From: Azolla caroliniana
Lineage: Eukaryota; Plantae; Polypodiophyta
DNA length: 64,000 nucleotides
Assembly (NCBI GenBank): GCA_043228905.1
Contig: JBHGNT010000007.1
Location: 9,982,001-10,046,000, forward strand
Direction: 5' to 3'
Positions within the stretch are counted from its first letter, which is position 1, and each line of letters opens with the position of its first letter. Both the position numbers and the translations under genes were made by a program. Below, in pieces: positions 27,298 to 41,200 of this stretch. Below the pieces are notes generated by a model. That model ran no database searches, had not been told where the DNA came from, and saw only the letters and a list, made by a program, of their open reading frames with translations.

Positions 27298-28392
27298 CCA
27301 GCTTGTTGTAATGGTGTTTGGTGGAGACCAGGAAGTTGAGCATTCAACCCCCACATTTGGCAGTGGGGCATCTAGTAAAGTAGCACATTTAGCAAGATTT
27401 GAAGGAAAGATAAAATAATGAGAAAAAGGGAGAGAGGTATGGAGGGGCAAGTATTTTAACAATGTCAAATAATGAGGAATATTTTTGGAAATTTGAAAAA
27501 TACGAGAACCATTTTGGGAATCTTATAAAAATATAGGGTTTAGTATTTCTTGTGCTTATCTGATTGAAGTGTTGCACAGATATACAATTTCATGAAGAAA
27601 GCTCCATTTGAGATGACTGAGGTTGCATATGGGGCAGCATTAGTTCTGTATACTGAAGGTAATTGGTATCAACAAGCTGCTGCTCTACTGCAAGAAATCG
27701 AGAATAAAGATATACCATTGGTTGCATCCGCACAGGGTTCCCTAATTGAATCTTTTAGTATTCTTGAAAACAACTCAACTCCTCTAGCAAAAGTGGTAGA
27801 GAAAAGCAATCTAGAAGTTTGCAAATTTCTAACATCAATTTTCTTAAGCAAGTGCGAAAACCAACAGATGATGACAGGCGAAGTAATTTCGTTCCTTGAG
27901 AAATGGAAAGATGTAGACAGGCTTGAAGACACTGCGATTGTTTATAATGCATGCATGAACTGTTTGTGGAAGAAGGGTCAGAAGGGCTTGGTGAGAAAAA
28001 TATTGGGTATGGCACGAGAGATATATGCTGGATATACTCAACCTCAGTTTAATGAGACTGAATGGATTATTGATGTAACTAATCTCTCAGTTGGAGCAGC
28101 CAAAACTGCTTTATTTGAATGGCTCAATGCTGTGGGAGAATCTATATCAAGAAATGAATTGGAGGCGCATGATGGTTCGAAAGTAATAATAATTACTGGT
28201 GATGAGTTTACACTTCATATTCCTAGAGACAACAAGTTTCTAAAGCAAGTGTTGAGCAAAACGCTTCAAGAGCTTGGGTCTCCCTTCGTGAATTCAGAAG
28301 ACGAAGGTCCTAAAAAGCTAGTGGCCAAAGCAGAGGATGTGGTAAGTTGGATTTCTCAAGGTGCAACCAAGGAAGCAATGAGGCTTGACTGA
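17422..28392 (+). CDS. P-class PPR protein with C-terminal SMR domain, probably plastid-targeted (~836 aa). Exons 17422-18435, 23856-24059, 25238-25423, 26764-27057, 27580-28392
   Basis: Ser-rich N-terminus; PPR repeats (FYYTLLDAYADSGR, VYDYLIHAYCKAG, SYSSIISAMA, AYGAALVLY); SMR-like WIIDVTNLSVGAAKTALFEWL...IITG...LGSPF; all junctions phase 0 and join without stops; intron 2 needs a GC donor. Confidence 0.88.
18721..19072. repeat. ~120-bp tandem repeat, 3 copies, in intron 1
   Basis: TATGGATTTTAT(A/G)TTT...AATTTTAACCTATGGGAC repeated near 18723, 18843 and 18963. Confidence 0.9.
19085..20535 (-). mobile_element. Degenerate 5'-truncated LINE (RT and 3' region) in intron 1, same family as the LINEs at 36675-63478
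   Basis: KQGWPLSP, LLYVDDV, FKYLGL motifs; colinear with 46227-47390 and 62500-63478; a further fragment lies near 21170-21520. Confidence 0.85.
27209..27292. repeat. (AG)n microsatellite in intron 4
   Basis: Directly visible. Confidence 0.95.
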
Positions 28393-29271
28393 AGGAGTAA
28401 TTTGCATAAAAAAGATTTTAGGAAGTGAAATTGCCTTGGGTTATTCATTGTTTGTGATGGAAAATTATTCTTTTTTCTATGACTACCAAGAAGTGATTTG
28501 CCTGGGTATGAAAATTCTAGTATAAAAGCTACAATTTTGAAAGTATGCACTCAGCAAAGAGCCTCCTTAATGGAAGGATCTTGGGGGAATTGTTATGAAA
28601 GTTTTTACCCGGCAGATTGCTAACAATGATGTTACAGTCTATCCAAGGTGATTTGCACCTATTTCGCATCATGGTTATTATATTTTTCTTCTCCTTTTCA
28701 TGTTGAATTGTTAAATTTTTGGTTGGAATGAGCAAACTAGTCTCAGTAACAACTCAGTGATTTTTCTAGACGTTATTGATATAAAAAAGCTCATATAAAC
28801 ACTGTATAGTTTGTAGTAGAGACTAACCCACTTATGATGATTATTCTTCATAAACCCTAAACCCTAATTAAAAAGGAGATGTGTTTGTTTATTTTAGAGT
28901 AAGAAACCTTTGGAAGAGTGTCACTTGTTAGCTATGTTTTACTAAAGACAGAAAGGGTTCATTTTCTTGTAAGCGTTTTACCTAAAGAAATTTAATGCAG
29001 AAGGTGGAAAATCACAAAGTTTGTGAAGGGAAAAGGATATTGGATCAAGCTCAACCTTTTTGAATGTTGATCATATTAGGAATCGTCTTATCTTCTTACC
29101 TTTTCCTCCTGTTCATCTTTTGTATGTGTCTTTGCATTTTGATCAGTTTTTATATCTATCATCAATTTGGTTCTTTGTATGATCTATGAAAATAATTTTC
29201 ATTTTGTGGCTGAATCATGTGCCCTACTTGAGTGAATCTACCTTTTAATTGATATTAACAAACCAACGAGA

Positions 29272-29705
29272 TCATATGGAAATGCCAAATAGGTGAGAGA
29301 GTTTGTTGGGATGGTCAAACCTTTGATATATGGGCAAGTAACAACATTGTCATATTATCTAAGTTGAAGATTATTGACTTGTTTATATATGAGCGACATT
29401 TAGAATCTCCTCAATCTTGAATGAAAAACCAAACATCCTTGTAGCTTATCATATGTTTGAACTCTTTCATGTACTGACAAGGTCATACGGAAATGCCAAA
29501 TAGGCGAGAGAGAGAGTTTGTTGGGATGGTCACACCTTTAATATATGGGCAAAGTAACAACACTATCATATTATCTTTAAGTTGAAGATTATTGACTTGT
29601 TTATATATGAGCGGCATTTAGAATCTCCTCAAGCTTGAATGAAAATGTAGAATGATGGACCAAACATCCTTGTAGCTTATCATATGTTTGAACTCTTTTA
29701 TGTAT
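29272..29705. repeat. ~210-bp tandem duplication
   Basis: TCATA(T/C)GGAAATGCCAAATAGG...ATATGTTTGAACTCTTT occurs twice (about 29272 and 29483). Confidence 0.85.
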
Positions 29706-30399
29706 GCTACGTGACAATGCTAAGGTTGTAAGCTTTAAGTAGAACTTTTTGATTGAAGACGATGCTAACATTAATATCGTTCGTATGGAATTTGGATCCT
29801 ATACAAGTGAAGGTAACACTCTTTCGTATGATAAAGCCACATCCTTGTAGCTTATCATATATGGTATAGAGGTTATTTTGTATGCCTCGATTCATGATTC
29901 CATCATGTATGAACATGCCATCATGTACAACCATGTGATCAACACCCACTTTAAGGGATCTTAGCCCTTCAAACAGTTTATATGTAGCTAATAACCTTCC
30001 ACATGTTGTCTGCACATCAACCGTGCTTCATGACACCATCCATCACATAGAAAGAAACAGACTTCTTTCGAATGCATACATAAGAGTATCCCCCTCCACC
30101 TATTTCAATGACTCCATCCATCTCATAAGAAGAAATGGGATTCTGCATACATATCATTTAGCATTTTAGTGATTACAAGATCATGTTCCAAATCTCGTTT
30201 TCAGATTTCAATTCTTATTCTTTTCCTAGTGCTCAAAGGGTAGAATTCCAGATACGCCACGATGCCATAATTTCTTTTGATATCACTAAACCAGAAAATA
30301 AGTCTCAAATGAGATTGCACAAAATCTCAATTATTTCTTTCTTTTCAACGACTCATAGAGCCATTAACATACATAACTCCTAAGTACCAATAACATCTA

Positions 30400-30795
30400 A
30401 CATATCCCCATGTCTCATATCAGTGGAGGAAATACCCAGAGAGGTGTTTGATACCTCCAACGTATACAAGAATTAACCATGTAAAATACATTCATCCTTT
30501 CCCATGTCTTCTTAAAAACCTTTTTCTTTCGAAGGACTACATCTGAATCACCCTTGATAGCGTCATACTCTCCTTTTAGTGTATGCACCAAGGTCAACCA
30601 AATCTCCTTGACTACATCCACAACATTCCATTGAATTTGCTGAAATATCCTTTGACATCTACTAGTCCACAAAACCCACAATGTTATGGAACTAATGGTC
30701 TCCCAAACCACCCCATTTTGTATTGAATTACTATGCATAAATGGTAACACTTCCTCAACATATGGACCTCTAAAGCAAAAGAAATTTTGATCTCT
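30400..30795 (-). mobile_element. 3' fragment of an L1-type LINE ORF2
   Basis: WETISSITLWVLWTSRCQRIFQQ matches the LWxxWxxRNxxIF C-terminal motif of plant L1 ORF2. Confidence 0.6.
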
Positions 30796-32167
30796 TGGGC
30801 CTTTGTTTAACAACTATAACATTAGCTGAATTGGAGCATATCAACAAGCCTTTTTGCATGTGGCATTACATTGGGGTTATACAACGTATTCTCTTGATAT
30901 CACATTTACTGGTGGTTTTTGTCAAGCTAAACATTAATAAGAGGAAGAAATTAAAGATGACCCACACAAACTATTAAAGGGAGTCCCAAACCTTATCATG
31001 CAAACTATTGAAGGGTATAATTGATAGTACCCCATATGCAAAGGTGCATGAGAAACAAAATTGATTTCATCTTTAGTATACGAGTCATGGCGTCGTTCGC
31101 TTCTCCCGAGTATAGCCCTTCATTCTCGAAGTCCACTTCCTCTCTACCATTCCCTTGACCAAGGCATCCTGGCCATGTTTATTGTCGATCCAATCTCGCC
31201 CCACCCACCCGGACGATCCATCGATTTTGCGGAGCTTTCAAGTCTAGCGACCTTTTGACTCTAGCGAACCTTCAAATCACCCATCCTTTTTGGTTCAAGT
31301 CCCTAGTGGTCTTACTCAGATTTTAGATGCACGTGCGTAACTTCACGACAACCTTTTGTAACATACTCATACATTTTGAATAAGATAACATAGGCTTCAA
31401 GATTTCAGAGGAAGATCAAATAAACATAGTAATACATTATGAACAACATGTCACAAGCACCACCACCTGACCATTGTTTCTCCCCCTTCTTACGTTAAAT
31501 TGTTCATTCAAAAGAACAAAGAAGGGTTCCAAGGTATTACAACCTTTTCAAAAGAGCGTTGCATGGATCATAGACACCATAATGGTAGGATTGAATACAT
31601 GGATGAGGATGGGGAGGTATCTATTTTTGTGTATGAAATTGCAATAGTAAGTATCATCTAAGAGAATTTAATTAAATTCTTCAAAAATAGGGCTATATAT
31701 ATTGTACACATATATGTGCATTAACTACACAACTTTCAAATTTGTTGTGTAGCCTAAGTTAAAGAGATTATAGAAAGATCAATTATAAATTGACATTAAA
31801 GTAGATCCTTAGACTCTTTAAAGGTTGTCGTTGAAAATGTATTATTCTTGGAACATCAACCATGTCAAAGAAGGAAACCAAGAATAAGAAAAGTGCATTA
31901 CATGAGAAGGAATTTCCATTCTTTCCTTGTACAGGAATGATTGTCCATGTTTCTTTCTTTGCTTGAATGTATTTATTCAAGCATGCAATTGTAGAGTTAG
32001 ATTGTCAAAGCAAAGTCGCATTCTTCATGCATTGCCTCAAAGGATAACTTTCCTTCATCAACAAGACCAACATATACCATGATAATATTAACAAACATTC
32101 ATGGTGTCCCTGTAAAGAATCTGATGGATTCTGTGCAACAGAAGAACTCTGTATGTGTGTGTGTTTG

Positions 32168-32210
<43 letters not shown>

Positions 32211-35200
32211 CACGATTCTAGAAAATAAAAAAAACTGTATTACTAAGAAAACAAGAATAACCAACTACATACCAAGAGAGGGAGAAGGCGCTTATGTAGT
32301 CACCTTCTCTCTAAGTTCTCTTACTAGTGCCGCCTCTTGGGAAAGAGGTCGTGTCTTAACTTTCTAAAGAATATGTGTCATAGAACATTAACTTCTATGA
32401 CACACTAGTTATTATGCAAGGAGCTGGGGTGTTCACACACTCGAGTATCCTAGAGTGTGTTCCCACTCACGGGATGTTGAGTTTGATTCTCAACACACCC
32501 CTTCAAACACAACTTCCAGTCATCGGATGGTTTGTTCAGACTGGTCTTCGGTTTGGTTTTGAGTCGACTCCGACTCCGGATTCTTACTCCCCCTCAAGCT
32601 CGTCTGGTCGATGGTCGAAAGACCCAAGTCCATTGTGAACTGCCGCAACTTGTCGACTCCCAGGGCCTTGGTGAAGATGTTGGCCGTCTGTAGGTTTGTG
32701 CTGATGTGTTGCAGGTTGACATCCCAGTCCTGAATACGCTCTTGGATGAAGTGATAGTGCACTTTGATGTGCTTAGTCCGAGCATGGAAGACTAGGTTTC
32801 AAGTGAGGTTAATACCGCTCATGTTGTCGTAGTAGAGGAGAATTAGATCCTTGATGGGAAGGCCCAGATCTTTCAAGATTCTCTTGAGCCAAACAGCTTC
32901 GCATGCGGCTACGACCACGTCCCTGTATTCAACTTTGGTGCTCGATAGTACGACTGCCATTTGTTTCTTACTACTCCACGATATGGCGCCACAACCGGCC
33001 CAGTCGGCATTGGTATATATTTCGAGTCGTATCGGTGTGGCCATTTTGTGAAGGATGCCGAAATCCATGGTTGCACTCACATACCTTAGCACTCGCTTAA
33101 CATAGTCGAGATGGATGTCTTGCGGAGTTTGCATGAACTGGCTAAGAAGGTAAACCAGGTAACTCAGGTCAGTTCGGGTAATTGTGAGGTAGATGAGGCT
33201 TCCGACTAGTTGACGATAGTGCATCGGCTCACACTCTCTAGTGCTTGAGTCGGCATCTAGCTTTAGATTTTGATCGAGAGGAATAGTGATGGGCTTACAT
33301 TGTGTCATCCCAAACTTGTAAAGAAGATTGAGGATATAGTGCTTTTGAGAAAGCATGATGTCGTCTAGAGTCCGAATTACTTCTATTCCTAGAAAGTAAT
33401 GGAGCTCTTTCATATCGGTCATTTCGAATCGGCTAGAGAGGAGCTTCTTGATGTGCTTAATATCTGCTAAATACTCTCCTCCTATGACCAAGTCATCCAC
33501 ATAAATGATAATAAATACTTGTCCTCTGGATGAACAAAGAGTTGTCGGACTTGGACATGTTGAAGCTGATTGGATGAAGATATTGCGTTATCGTCGAATG
33601 CCATGCTCTAGGTGCCTGCTTTAGGCCGTAGAAAGGCTTTTTGAGTCGGCAGACACCAATCGGATGCGCAGTCGACACGAATCCAGGTGGTTGCACCATG
33701 TACACCTCTTCATTTAACTCACCTTGTAGAAAGGTGTTCTTTATGTCCATTTGGTGGAGGTGCCACCCTTTTGCTGCTGCAAGCGTGATGATGGTTTGAA
33801 TTGTAGTCATCTTTGCCACAGGGGCAAATGTCTTTTCCTAGTCGACACCGTGCGTCTGTGCGTACCCCTTTGCCACAAGCCGGGCGTTGTACCAATGGAC
33901 AGTGTCATCGGTGTTGTGCTTTACCTTGAAAATCCACCTTCATCCAATTGCCTTCTGGTGGTTTGAAGAAGGGATGAGATCCCATGTCTCGTTCTTGGAG
34001 AGTGCTTGCATCTCCTCATTCATCGCTTCAACCCATCTAGGGTCCTTCACGGCTTTGGAATAGTTTTCTAGTTCTCAAATTGTCGACACCTTCATCATGA
34101 ATGCATAATGATATGCCATGTAGTCGTTGTAGCCAAATCGGCTGACTATGTTCCTTCCTCGGGTGGATCAATGTGGTTCTCCCAGTGTCCTCATGATGGG
34201 TACATCCAATCTACCGAACTCACTGTTGGGTTAGTGAGTCGATTCATTTCTAATTGAATCTTCGTACTCGGGCATTTTGGCATTTCCTTTGTCATGTTTT
34301 CGACTCAACCGCGACGTGCTTTGGTCACTTGGAGGCTCTTGTGGTCCACTCAACCTGGTTGAGATTGGACTTTCCTCTGATGTGAACCTCAGTTGATCAT
34401 CCTCCTCCACATCTGTGTTGAACTCGGTTTCGATTGTGTCGGATGGGACTGATTCGACTGCATACCACGATGCTGATTCATGGAATACTACATCCCTACT
34501 CAATTGTACCTTCTTGGTGGAAGGGTTGAAGCACTTATACCCTTTTTTCTCGAGTGAGTACCCTACGAGTATACATTTCTCCGACTTGAGATCGAGCTTT
34601 TCCCGCTTCATGTCGGGAATATGTACATATGCAATTGAATTGAATATCCTCACATGAGATAGTCCGGTTTCTTCCCATAGAACTTTTGGCAGGGGGTAAC
34701 TTCGTGCACTCCTGATGTTGTGCAACGATTCATCAGATAAACGACCGTATTCGCCTCTTCAGCCCAATATGATTTTTGTAGATATTCCTCGTTCATCATT
34801 GCCCTTGCCACCTCGAGTATGTGCCAATTCTTGCGTTCGGCTACTCCGTTCTACTAAGGTGTGTGCCGGCAAGTAAACTCCAGCCAAATTCCTTCTTGTC
34901 GAAGGTATGTAGTAAAGGCGTTAGAGAAGTACTCCTTACTGCCATCTGATCGAAGTCATCAGAAATGTCGACCGGTTGCCTTTTCGACTTCATTTTTGAA
35001 CCTTTGGAAGTGTCCGAACACTTTAGTCTTCTGCCGCATGGGGTAGATCCAGGTATGTCTAGAGAAGTTGTCGATGAATGTTACGTAGTATCGACAACCA
35101 CCGAATGTTGCCGTCTGGGCTGGTCCCCATACATCTGAATGTATTACATCCAGGATCCCTTTGCTTGTGTTCCTTTCCTCTGGAAATGGTTGTCGGTGCT

Positions 35201-36617
35201 ATTTGCCGAATTGACAAGCTTCGCACATGCCTTCAATTTCCTTTTCGGTGAAGGTCGGGAGTCCGGTGACAACTCCTTTCGACTGCATTCCTTGTGCCAC
35301 AGTTCTATGTTAGCGTCGGCTCGTTGGCCCTTGGCATACATTGCCGAGTTCATCTCGTGAGAGTCGAGGATGAACATTCGACCTTCTCTCCGACCCCTAG
35401 AGATGAGTTGGCCTTCTTTTTCGATGAAGCATCCTCCATCTTTGACGCAAACTTGCATGCCCTGTTCGACTATTTGGCCAACTAAGACCAGGTTCTCTGT
35501 TATTGTAGGAACATGCAAACCGTTCTTGATGTATGTTTGCTTGCCTTCTTCCCTAAAATGGGACATTGATGATATGTTGAATGGGGTGAACTGTGTCATC
35601 CCTCGTTTCCACATAGCCGGGTCATTCAGGCTTATGTAGCTCCTTCAACCAATCCTCGTGGGATGTCATTTGGTTGGATGCGCATGAGTCGACAAAGCAT
35701 ACATCTTCTGGTTTGGAGGTGTTGGTTGGGTTTGAGGCTGTCATCGAGTGCGCTCTGTGCCTCATCACAAACATTCTTCCATGATTGTCGTAGTTGGAGT
35801 TGGAGGCGTAGTTTGTGAGTTGTCGGCTTGTGGAGGCCGACTCACTCTTCTTCTTCCGACACTTTGCATTATAGTGGCTGAATTTACCACAGTATCCGCA
35901 CTGAGCGGGATTGTTTTGACGGTTGGGACCGACCTGATTGGTCCCCCTTCTTCCGGGAGCTCCGCCTCGCGCGTTCGAGCCATCTTGTCGGTAATAGAAG
36001 TTGTGTTCTCGGGGTTGCTCTTGGTTGTGTCCACCTTGGCCAAATAGGCCTCTTCTTCCCCAACCTTCTCATGTTCCTTCATCGAAGTTAGAATAGAGCA
36101 TTTGTCCTTCTTGTGCATTGCTTCTTGTTTGAACATGATTCTCCTCAACCAGCAACATTGACTGGAGATCGAAGGAGAGAGGATTATCCCTCGAGAGGGC
36201 TATCAACCGAATGGGCTAGAACCGAGGTGCTAAGCCTCCGAAGCAAATCTACACCATTTCATTGCCGTCAATGCTAACATTGGTCGACCTGAGGGCATCA
36301 CATAGTTCCTTGATCTTCAAGGTGTAGTTGTTGATTGATATGTCCCTCTGTGCATCTTGTACTCCCAAGATGCAAAGTTGTTTTTATTGAGCTTTTCGGT
36401 AGGGAGAGTGCTTCCCATGTGTGTGTTCATGTTGAGCTTCTTCTTCTTCTTCTTCTTGATGTGAACTGTGTAGATTGCTGCTACGACGATCAATCGGTTC
36501 TTGTCAAACATGGAGTCGGGCACAACACACGTAGAGGCGATAAGCTTCGATCCAGCAGCCACACGCTCTGATACCATGTAAAGAATCAGATGGATTCTGT
36601 GCAGTGGAAGAACTATG

Positions 36618-36679
<62 letters not shown>

Positions 36680-37571
36680 ATTATCGTCTTCGGAGGTCAA
36701 ATATGACCTATGAGACCAAAAATATTACATTTCACGTGATACGTGTGAAAGTGAGTAGTGACTCTCGATGTTTAAGAACTCTACCAATGAATGTTACAAT
36801 CAAGAGTGCATATTGTGGTTGTGAGAGGAATTCATGCAAGGATTGTGCTCGGTCGAAGAGATGTGGAAAGCATGGTCGAATATGATCAAAGGCAGAGCAT
36901 TGCATCAAAGTGTGATACTCAAACTCGTGAACTTGTTTAGGGCAAAGTGTGCATAGCCGACCACTCTCATCACTAGTGCCCCAATGCCCTGTCTCACATC
37001 GCAATGCATGTGAGCTAAGTCCCATGGAAGCAATGGTTCGAATGGTAGATAATGGTATGGGCTCTAACGTGTATCGATGTGTACGATTTCCCCGTTCCGC
37101 AAAGAACATGTGTAGTATAATGTGTGAGCATGAGCCTCCACATTTGTCCAATGTCATGATACATTGGCGTTGCAAAAGGCCTCATTTACAGAGAACACGT
37201 TCGCGTTCACAAGTGGAAGGATCGCACATTCCACTTGTAGAATATTCTTGAAAATTTCCAAATATACCCTCTCTACAAAAATTGGATGCACTAGTATCAC
37301 ATGTTCCACAATTTAATTAGAATTTGCAAATATAAAAATACATGATAGGTCTACGAGTGGAGATCATTAGAAATTCAAATAAGTTTGGATGTGTTGATAA
37401 GTTAATGTAGGTATAATAAAGTTCAACTATGGCTCAATATCTCACTAATGTGCGACATGGGAAACACTAAGTTAAAGACTTATATTAATTTGGTAAGTTT
37501 TACAATAATATGAGGTGTACTTGTAACCATACTAATAAAATGAGTTATAATTTATACTTTGACCCATACTC

Positions 37572-37850
37572 GCATGTATATAATTGTGGAGAATGTAGGA
37601 TAGTGAACTTTAGGATAATGTGATTGGAAGAACTAACTTATTAAAGTATTTAATACTTGTATTTAAAGTTGATCTAATCTATTCCTCAGTTTGTTCGTAT
37701 GGGATCAAACCATATGTATATAATTGTGGACAATGTAAGATAGTGAACTATAGGATAATGTGGTGGAAATAACAAACCTATTAAGGCTTTCATACTTGTA
37801 TTTAAAATTGATCTAATCTATTCCTTAGGTGATTCACACTGGATCAAACT
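37572..37850. repeat. ~140-bp subterminal direct repeat, 2 copies
   Basis: ATGTATATAATTGTGGA...GATCTAATCTATTCCT...GGATCAAAC occurs twice. Confidence 0.85.
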
Positions 37851-38228
37851 TCGAATGATAACGCTAGTGGAACTACAAGCGTATAAAAACATGCGGATAA
37901 CGCTAGTGGAACCATTATCAACACACTACACAATTAGAGCAGCAATGGAAGAGAAACATAATAGTTTTAACAATAGAAGACAAAGATCCATAATAACAAC
38001 ATGGACAGTATGGGTAGTCAGCAATGCATGCAGTGAAACCAATGTCATAAGTCTACTGACCAAGTATATAGAAATAAAATTGAAACATATAGAAGATTAT
38101 AAAGAATAGAATACACCAAGTAAAACCCAAAATTTGTATTAATAATGTGAATTCCAAATAATACATTTCGTGAACAAAAGAGTCTATTACATAGCAAGCA
38201 AATCGTCAATGTTATTTTCTTCTTCATC

Positions 38229-41200
38229 CTATATAGAAGTCTCTTCGACTATACGTGCATTGTCTTCCTCTATTAGCGGAGCCAACGAAATATCTTCTAT
38301 AAGCTCATCATCAAGCTCTATTAGCTCCCCCGGTTCCCTGGCTAACAAAGGAATATGCTCTCGCGAAGTAGGTTGAAACCTTTCGGTATCAGCGAGGTTC
38401 TTTGCACCAACCTCCTCGTCCTGGTCTGGGCCCTCCCACAAAGCCTTAATCCTCATGTTTATAAATATAACTTGCTCCACGTCCGTCTCCAATGCAACTG
38501 TGTTTCTAAAGAGCTTCAATACACATGCAAACGTTGTCCTAGTGAAGAAAGTAACAAGAAGAATTAGTTTTCAAACAAAAAAGATTTAGTATTGGTTATC
38601 TCAAGATCGTTAACCTAGTTCGAGGAATACCTGTGCCAGAAAAAAGGTCTAATATCCAATCTCCTTCTACAGAAAACATCTCGATCAAGCGCATCATAAG
38701 TCGTTGAGGTTTTTGGTATGGGTTGACAAGTCCTCGTTCTGTCGTGGTGACATGTCATAATTTCCGTGTTACTGTTGGATATACCAGCAGATTTGAATCT
38801 CCCACTTCATTAGAATGCTCCTTGATTCTTTGTTTCTTAATTTCATCGAAGTAGCCAACCGTAATGTATTCAATGGCATTTACGAACCGAAAGGTTGGCC
38901 CTCTATTGACATTGGTTTTTATCCTATAACAAATATTACATCGAGTTAAGAATAGATTGAACAATCTTAAGAAAGACAATATAGTGAATGAGACATATAA
39001 ATAATCCTTACCATGCATGGTTCTCGATGCCATGGCAATGAGATCTCAAAGCTTGAGCTACTGAGTACCCTTGGTTCATACTATGAAAGACAAGTATTCT
39101 CCACAAGGATGCAGTCGTTAGCTCAGCAAAATCCTTGAACATCTTCTCTAAATGTTTAAACCTAAACGGTTCATCGTCGTATGATGATCCTACCATTCGA
39201 AATCTGTAAGCAATATCAGCAATCATTAGTGTATATTCCTTCTTTGGCAATTTTTGGATCATGTCAATGACATCGCCGCAAACCACGTTGTAGTAAAGAT
39301 CTCTCATAATATCCTTTTTGTGGCTAAATTTTTTGAAGGAGCCATCTTCCTCAATTTCGTATGCCTTAACTAAGCGACGATCCTTTTCTTTTTTGGCTCT
39401 CTCGAGATGTGCAAGGAAGGATGTTGGGAAATCGTGTATATCGTTAACTTCTCCTTTTTTCTTGCCACGACACGGTTTCTAATAGAAGCAATAAGACATC
39501 AAGTATTATTACACAACCTCTACATATGAGGAAAGCTTAATGAAAAAACACCAATAATAACCCAATCCTTGAATGCAATAAAATACTCGGATAACGCCTT
39601 ATATGAAGACGTTAGAGGATAATCCTCGGTCACTTGTTCCCAAGTTATACATCCAAGTTGTTTCATCATAACTTCTTGGATCTTCGTGTACACCTTATGA
39701 CTGTGAAATTAGAAAACGAGATTAGAACTTTGAATTGCATCATATTGAATTCAATATCACAATTTGAAAGACTTACTTATTGAACTCAGTGACCATTTCT
39801 TCAAGGCTTAAATCTTTCACCATAACCCTTGACAAAACAGACACAAGAAACTGCTCGTCCTTAATACCTTGCATCACTGTCCACAGAGACAACTTCCTGT
39901 CGTTAGATGTTTCTTCAATTGTCAAATCAATTTTCTTGGCCGCTTGTGACTTTAATTCTAGTTGAGGGTCTACCGTACATTTCTTTTGTCGTTGACCCTT
40001 GACCTCCTTATTCTCCCACATTGAGAAGATTTGATCTTGTAGGTCCCATACTTCTCCATCTCTAAAGGCAAGTTGAAACCAGGACTCATATTTCTGAAGA
40101 CCATCGGACTTAACATTATCATCCACCACAATTCCGACTTCATGCAAGCATTGATGTCGTAGGCCTGGATGTAGCTTCACACCGAACTTTTGTTTGACGT
40201 CCAAGTACTCGTGGTGGAAGAACCTTATATGCTCAATCGATGACATTTTCTGCCTATAGTCATTATCGTTATTGTGGTCCCATGCCAACATCTTTGCCTC
40301 TTCAGTTGTGAGCCCACATAAATTTTGCACTCGGCATACTTGAAGAAGAAAGTTGTTGGATGTTCTCTCACAAGTTGCCGACGTGCCTCCATTGAATGCC
40401 ATCCACCAATTACAAAGTAATTGTATTGATCATGCTTTCTTATGTCGAATTCTTCAGTGGTTTCACATTCTTCGGGATCCACCATAACAATAAAAGGTAC
40501 AACAGTAGCATGTGGATTAATTTTCATTTTTTTCTTGAGATTTTGAACATGCATTCGGTGTGGCTCTCTGATCTCAAGTGGTCTTCGTTATGTTTTTTCA
40601 TCTACAGGGGGCCGATGGATGTGTGTTATAGGCAAATTAAACACTTGCCCTTTTCTCACCAGTTTACGTTGCATTAACTCTCTCCGTATCTTATTCTGCT
40701 CGGATGACAACACACCTGATGCCAACTCAGCTCCTGGTGTGCCCCTAGTGTCCTCATCTTCGTTTGAGCTTGATGAGTTGGAGTCCGACATTTTAGTGGT
40801 CTTCTTTTTTGCTGGTCTTGATTGCACTTTAGATGCCCTTTCTGGGGCCTTCACTGGGGAGGGAAAGGGCTCCCTTAGAGATACATGGCCTTGTATATAA
40901 GGCCTCAAGGTGACAATAAGGTTTTGTGAGCTTTCTAGATCTTTTTTAAAAGATTCTGGCCCACAAGATTCCTTTACTAGTCGATCTTTAGAAAGTTACA
41001 CTTTATGTACCCCCTTCGACCACTCTATCATTACAAGAATGTTGGCTGAATCTGAATCTTCATAGTCAAATCATAAAATACGACCATACATAAATGCAGT
41101 TTCATTTTCAAGCTGACCGTCACCCTTCTTCTTTGATGTATACAACACGACTTTTTTCTTGGAGTCGACATATTGCATACAACATTCCTTGTCCGTTAGA

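Noticed and set aside
37189-37193. 5-bp TSD (CAGAG/TAGAG) for the DNA transposon
   Set aside because: It needs a mismatch and makes the TIRs asymmetric; 4-bp AGAG is exact
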